32,000 nucleotides of DNA from Candidatus Saccharimonadota bacterium (GTDB lineage: Bacteria; Bacillota_I; Bacilli_A; Mycoplasmatales; Hepatoplasmataceae). Made by a program: the position numbers and the translations under genes. Shown here one piece after another: positions 25,132-32,000 of this stretch. The stretch covers positions 450,001 through 482,000 of the forward strand of contig AP027131.1 in assembly GCA_027925225.1 (NCBI GenBank), given 5' to 3'. Each line of letters begins with the position of its first letter. Position 1 is the stretch's first letter. The notes below the pieces were generated by a model. The model did no database searches, was not told the origin of the DNA, and saw only the letters and a program-made list of their open reading frames with translations.

Positions 25132-25788
25132 TTAATCAATCTTTCTCATATAAAAAGGTGGATTATTTTTAAAATAATTAATTATTTCTTCTTTTTTTAT
25201 TTCATTTCATTTTATATTTGAATTATAAACACCTTTTCAAGGCTCCGTTTCATGACTTTTATTAATAAGAAATTCTACACTAAAAAATTCCTTAATTGTT
25301 AAATAAAAATCTTCTAAACTTTCCTTTATTTTATTATTCATTTTTTCAAAATCAATTTCTATTAATTTGTCTTCTTCTAAAAATTTATAATGATTAGTTA
25401 CAGGCCCGTTTTTAAAAGCAAATCATTTAACTTCTTTTTCATTAATGAAAAAAGTAAAATCGTCTTTTTCTAAACCTTTTTTTATAAAATATTCTTTCAT
25501 ATAAATAAAACCAGCATAAAGGAAATAAAGTATTTTATATTTTCAAATTTTATTGTATTTAATATTATTTTCACTAAAAAAATTTTCAATTTCAATCAAA
25601 TTTTCTAATCAATCATTTTCCAAAGAATTAAGATCTAAATTTTTAGAGGCAAAATCTTTTAATTCCTTAAAAGTTAAAAACAAACATTTTTCTTTAAGAG
25701 ATTTAGAAATATTATTATCATTATTTAATTTATTTATTTCAATTTCTTTAAGTCAAAAAGTAAATTCATTGTTTTCCATTCTTTTCAT
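25132..25788 (-). CDS. Panacea (DUF4065)-like protein, paralog of 433-1155, 218 aa
   Basis: I verified the frame as open under code 4, with an AGGAAAG Shine-Dalgarno sequence upstream. NKIWKYKILYFLYAGFIYMKEY, KWFAFKNGPVTNHYKFL and KSHETEPWKG parallel the motifs of the first copy. Confidence 0.6.
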
Positions 25789-25847
25789 TTCTTTCCTATT
25801 TACATTATAATGTTTTAAAAATATTATTTTTCTTAATTTTTTGATAT

Positions 25848-25880
25848 AAAAAAAGACATTATATTGATGTCTTTTTTTTA
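25848..25880 (-). terminator. Rho-independent terminator downstream of 23S rRNA
   Basis: AAAAGACAT (25851-25859) pairs with ATGTCTTTT (25867-25875), flanked by A and T runs. Confidence 0.65.
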
Positions 25881-25937
25881 TTTTATTAACTCTCTAAAAA
25901 CTATATATTTCCATTCTTAAAAATTTCAATTAGGATC

Positions 25938-28881
<2,944 letters not shown>

Positions 28882-29263
28882 ATTAAGTAATTACGCATAA
28901 GTATCAATTTAATTTGTAATTAAACAGAATATCCTAATTAAAATCTTATTCTAATTAAGAAATATATAGTTTTCAAAGAGCTAATTTAGCAAATTAAGAA
29001 ACAACAAAGTACACAAAACACACTTATAACTATTAACAAGTAGTAAATTGTATAAAATTTAAAACTTAATTGCTATAACTATTATAAGGAAAGAAATAAA
29101 AAAATAAAAAATTTTTCTTTCTTTTTTTATTTTCAAAATCTCTTAATTTTATTTTTAAATAATCAAAAAGTATAATTTTAAAGTACTAAAGAAATTTTTA
29201 CATTAAAATTAATTAAAAAAATTGTTTTTTACGCACAAAAAATATAAGGAAATTTTAAAAAAA

Positions 29264-29833
29264 ATGAAAATTGAGGAAAATAAGAATAATCAAAAAATAG
29301 AAAAAAATAAACCAAATAAAAATAATTATTTTTTTATTACATTTCAAAAAGCAATAGAAGAAATTAAAAAAATAGAAAAAGAAGTTCAAGAAAAGATGAA
29401 AGAAAAAGAAAAAATAATTATTAAAATTTTTGAGCTTAATGGCATTTTAAAATTAGAGAAAAGTGAAGTTGTTTTTATGAAAGAAATTATTTCAGAAAAA
29501 GATATTGATGATAAAAATTCCAATAATAAAAAACAAAAAAAATCTTTTAATTTTTCTCTTGATGATTTAAATAAAAAAACAAAAAAATTTTTAAGAAAAT
29601 TTAAAACAAGATGAAAACTTAATACACTTGCAAGAGATCTTTTAGATAATGAAAAAATGAAAGAAGGTTTAACAGAAGAAATAAATAAGATTAATATAAA
29701 TAAACCAAAAAATAAAGGTATTTTTTTAAAACTAGAAAAAAAATACAAAAAACTTAATTTAGAAATAAAAGAAGAAATGAAAAAAATTGTAAGTATTTTA
29801 GAAGAAGTTGAAAAAAAACTAAGTAAAAAATAA
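29264..29833 (+). CDS. Hypothetical Lys/Glu-rich (probably coiled-coil) protein, 189 aa
   Basis: Track ORF 29222-29614 extends through one TGA to TAA 29831. I prefer ATG 29264 as the start, with AAGGA 13 nt upstream. Composition is low-complexity and I recognised no family. Confidence 0.4.
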
Positions 29834-29964
29834 TCTATTTTTTACTATATTTTTAATATGATTTTAAATTATCTTTATATGTAAAATTAATTTTTAAAAA
29901 ATTAATATTTTTTATCTTTTTTTTATATTTTATTTTCTAAAAATTAAACAATATAATTAATCAA

Positions 29965-30324
29965 ATGGAATGATACTTTATTCTTTTAATACTTATTGCT
30001 TATGGGGTCGGAGAATTTATAATAGGTTTCTTTTTTAACTATAAAATTTTTATGATTTCAAAAGAAAATTTTAGAGTTGCTGCCTTCATGGGGGCAATTT
30101 CTACAATACTTTATGCAATTCTTATTTCTAGTTCTGCTTTTATTGCCGGAACTTCGCTTGATGGAGCTTATTGATTTGTTGTTGTCTCTGCTTTTACAAT
30201 GGGAATTGGTAATTTCTTTGCTGCAATTCTTGTTCCTGTAATTTCTAAAAAACTTGGACATTTTAAAAATGAAGAAGAAAATAAAATAATAGTAGAAGAA
30301 TTAAAAAGTGAGGAAAATCATTAA
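29965..30324 (+). CDS. Small three-TM membrane protein, possibly DUF5698 (UPF0316 N-terminal domain)-like, 119 aa
   Basis: I checked the frame under code 4. NYKIFMISKENFRVAAFMGAISTILYAIL resembles the TxRxIxxxKGxRxxAA...Y core of UPF0316 proteins. This is a weak assignment. Confidence 0.45.
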
Positions 30325-30654
30325 ATGGAAACATTTTTAATTATTCTTTTTATTATTTTTATGTTTTTATTTAATTTATTAGTACAGTGAATGTTTAGCT
30401 ATAAAGTTTACCTAATGGGAAAGAGAAAATTTTTAAGAGCAGCAGTCTATGGAGGTTTTTCTACAATGTTTGGTGCACTTTTTATTGGAATTATTTCCTT
30501 ACAATTTTTAATAATGGATGAAATTTGAGCTCCTATAGTTGAAATTTTTGCTTTAACAATAAGCACATATATTGGAACAATAATTACACCAAAGGTAGAT
30601 AAATATTTAATTAAAAGAAAAAAAGATAAAGAAAAATATAAAATTAAAAAATAA
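30325..30654 (+). CDS. Small three-TM membrane protein, paralog of 29965-30324, 109 aa
   Basis: It begins immediately after the upstream TAA in the same frame (CAT TAA ATG). SYKVYLMGKRKFLRAAVYGGFSTMFGALF parallels the upstream gene. Confidence 0.45.
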
Positions 30655-30785
30655 TTTATATTTAAAAAAATTAGAGGTAAATTATTTTAAAACCAAAGTA
30701 AAAGATGAATTAAAGAATTTGAAATTAATTTAAATAACAATTTTAAAAAAGTAATGAAAAATAATAAATATTTTAATTAAAGTAA

Positions 30786-32000
30786 TTAAACATAAAAATA
30801 ACTATTTCATCCTATCTCAATATTACTAATATCCAATCAAAATGGATATGCTCGATATGCATTACTACCTTCTGGGTAAGACATTGCATAAATAACTTCT
30901 TTATCTTTTAGAGTCATTGTATTTCTATCTATTCCATCATATTTAATAATAGAAGTTCTACAAACGCCCACTCCATAATCACTAAAATTTGTATCGTCGT
31001 AATTATTTTCTGGTGAAAAAGTACAAACATAATTATCATCATCTATTGTATAAAAAAGAACATCTCCTTTAAAATCTGCTCGAGGTATTTCTTCATTTAC
31101 AATAAGTTCAGCACTAAAATCATTTTCGTCTACTGCAACAACTTTTAAAAATGATTTTTTATTTTCAAATCCTGAATTAATATCATAGGGATTACTTCCA
31201 TTAGAGTGTTCAGAAAAAATTGAATTTGAGGGATTATGATTATCAAACATTGAATAATAACTTAAATTAGGATCATAATTTGGAAAAACATTAAGATAAT
31301 TAGGAATACTTTCAATATAGTTATTTAAATATCTAACAAAATGTTCGCCAGCAAAAGCGGCACTTGAAGGTAAATTCATTATAGAATTAGGGTTATTTTT
31401 ATCTAAATCATTATAATCATATTTTATGTCTCCAACTTTATATGTATTGATAGTTTTAGATTCTCAATTTTTATTCATAGTAGGAGTATAAAAGGGATTT
31501 TCAATATATTCTCCAACTTCATATATAATGGGTGTTTCTCCATTGCTATCTAACATACTGTAATAATAATTATAGGGCGTTCCAGAGAAAACTCAATTTA
31601 ATGTCGGAACATAATTTTCAGTAAAAATTCCCTCAGTAGAAATTGCAAATATCATTCCAAAATTTCTTGAATTTACGATAATTTCATTATATTTATCATT
31701 ATATTCTAATGAATTACAATGAAAAGGACTATGATAAGGATCAGTAAAACTATTCCCTTCTAATTGAAAAATGGAATATCGTAAATTATTGCCTTCATCT
31801 AAATAATAAAAATCATCTGCTTTGTATCCTAAAACATCAGAAATAGAAATATATTCTGTTCTGGGATTTTCTAAAGTATCATTACTATCTTCAAGAAAAA
31901 TGCCATTATTTAAAATTCCTTTTGAATAATTAGCTGAATCTTCATTAGAAGCAACAAAAGTATTATAAATGCCATTACTTGTCATTCCCATTTCATGATG
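30786..32000 (-). CDS. Hypothetical Asn/Tyr/Asp-rich protein, 3' part (5' end lies outside the window)
   Basis: Track ORFs 30837-31379 and 31593-31991 share a frame and join through TGA codons. The frame continues past TGA to TAA at 30786-30788. I recognised no family. Confidence 0.55.

Noticed and set aside
25810-25937. A 5S rRNA or tRNA expected downstream of 23S.
   Set aside because: The interval is AT-rich and holds only a terminator hairpin and spacer. Nothing has the GC content or arm structure of 5S rRNA or tRNA.
29085-29130. A possible hairpin, GAAAGAAA ... TTTCTTTC, followed by a T-run.
   Set aside because: The loop is about 20 nt of A/T and no upstream gene on that strand needs termination. 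It is too weak to call.

Overview
This is a very AT-rich Mollicutes-type chromosomal segment that must be read with translation table 4 (TGA = Trp). Every conserved gene is broken at TGA in the supplied standard-code ORF track. Each becomes one uninterrupted frame once TGA is read as Trp, for example SWYDNE in GAPDH and GNWKMN in TPI. I re-derived the gene boundaries by hand on that basis.

Layout:
- The 3' end of pyk (+).
- A Panacea/DUF4065-like gene coupled to a small two-TM protein (+).
- Two tandem MIP-channel paralogs (-). One has lost both NPA boxes.
- A tightly coupled gap-pgk-tpiA-gpmI-D-LDH operon (-).
- A glucose-family PTS EIICB gene (-). It has a poly-G(9) tract at its 5' end and an EF-hand-like loop in an inserted extracytoplasmic segment.
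- Two small membrane proteins (-).
- An 825-aa surface protein (+) built of five ~130-aa repeat modules.
- An SDR oxidoreductase (-).
- A coiled-coil protein (+) made of a 42-bp tandem repeat.
- treC-like GH13 hydrolase and treB-like PTS EIIBC genes (-).
- A rearranged accessory region at about 20.2-26.2 kb.
- An isolated 23S rRNA gene (-) with no adjacent 16S, 5S or tRNA.
- Several small hypothetical and membrane genes.

The accessory region looks like a tandem segmental duplication whose junction fuses the interior of 23S rRNA to the 5' end of treB. The two copies have decayed reciprocally and carry different cargo between shared flanks. Copy 1 has an Abi_2/AbiD-like gene. Copy 2 has two coiled-coil genes and a second Panacea-like/two-TM pair.

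The 23S gene also carries AAU instead of GGA at E. coli positions 2056-2058, the macrolide pocket. All homology statements rest on motif recognition by eye. No searches were run.
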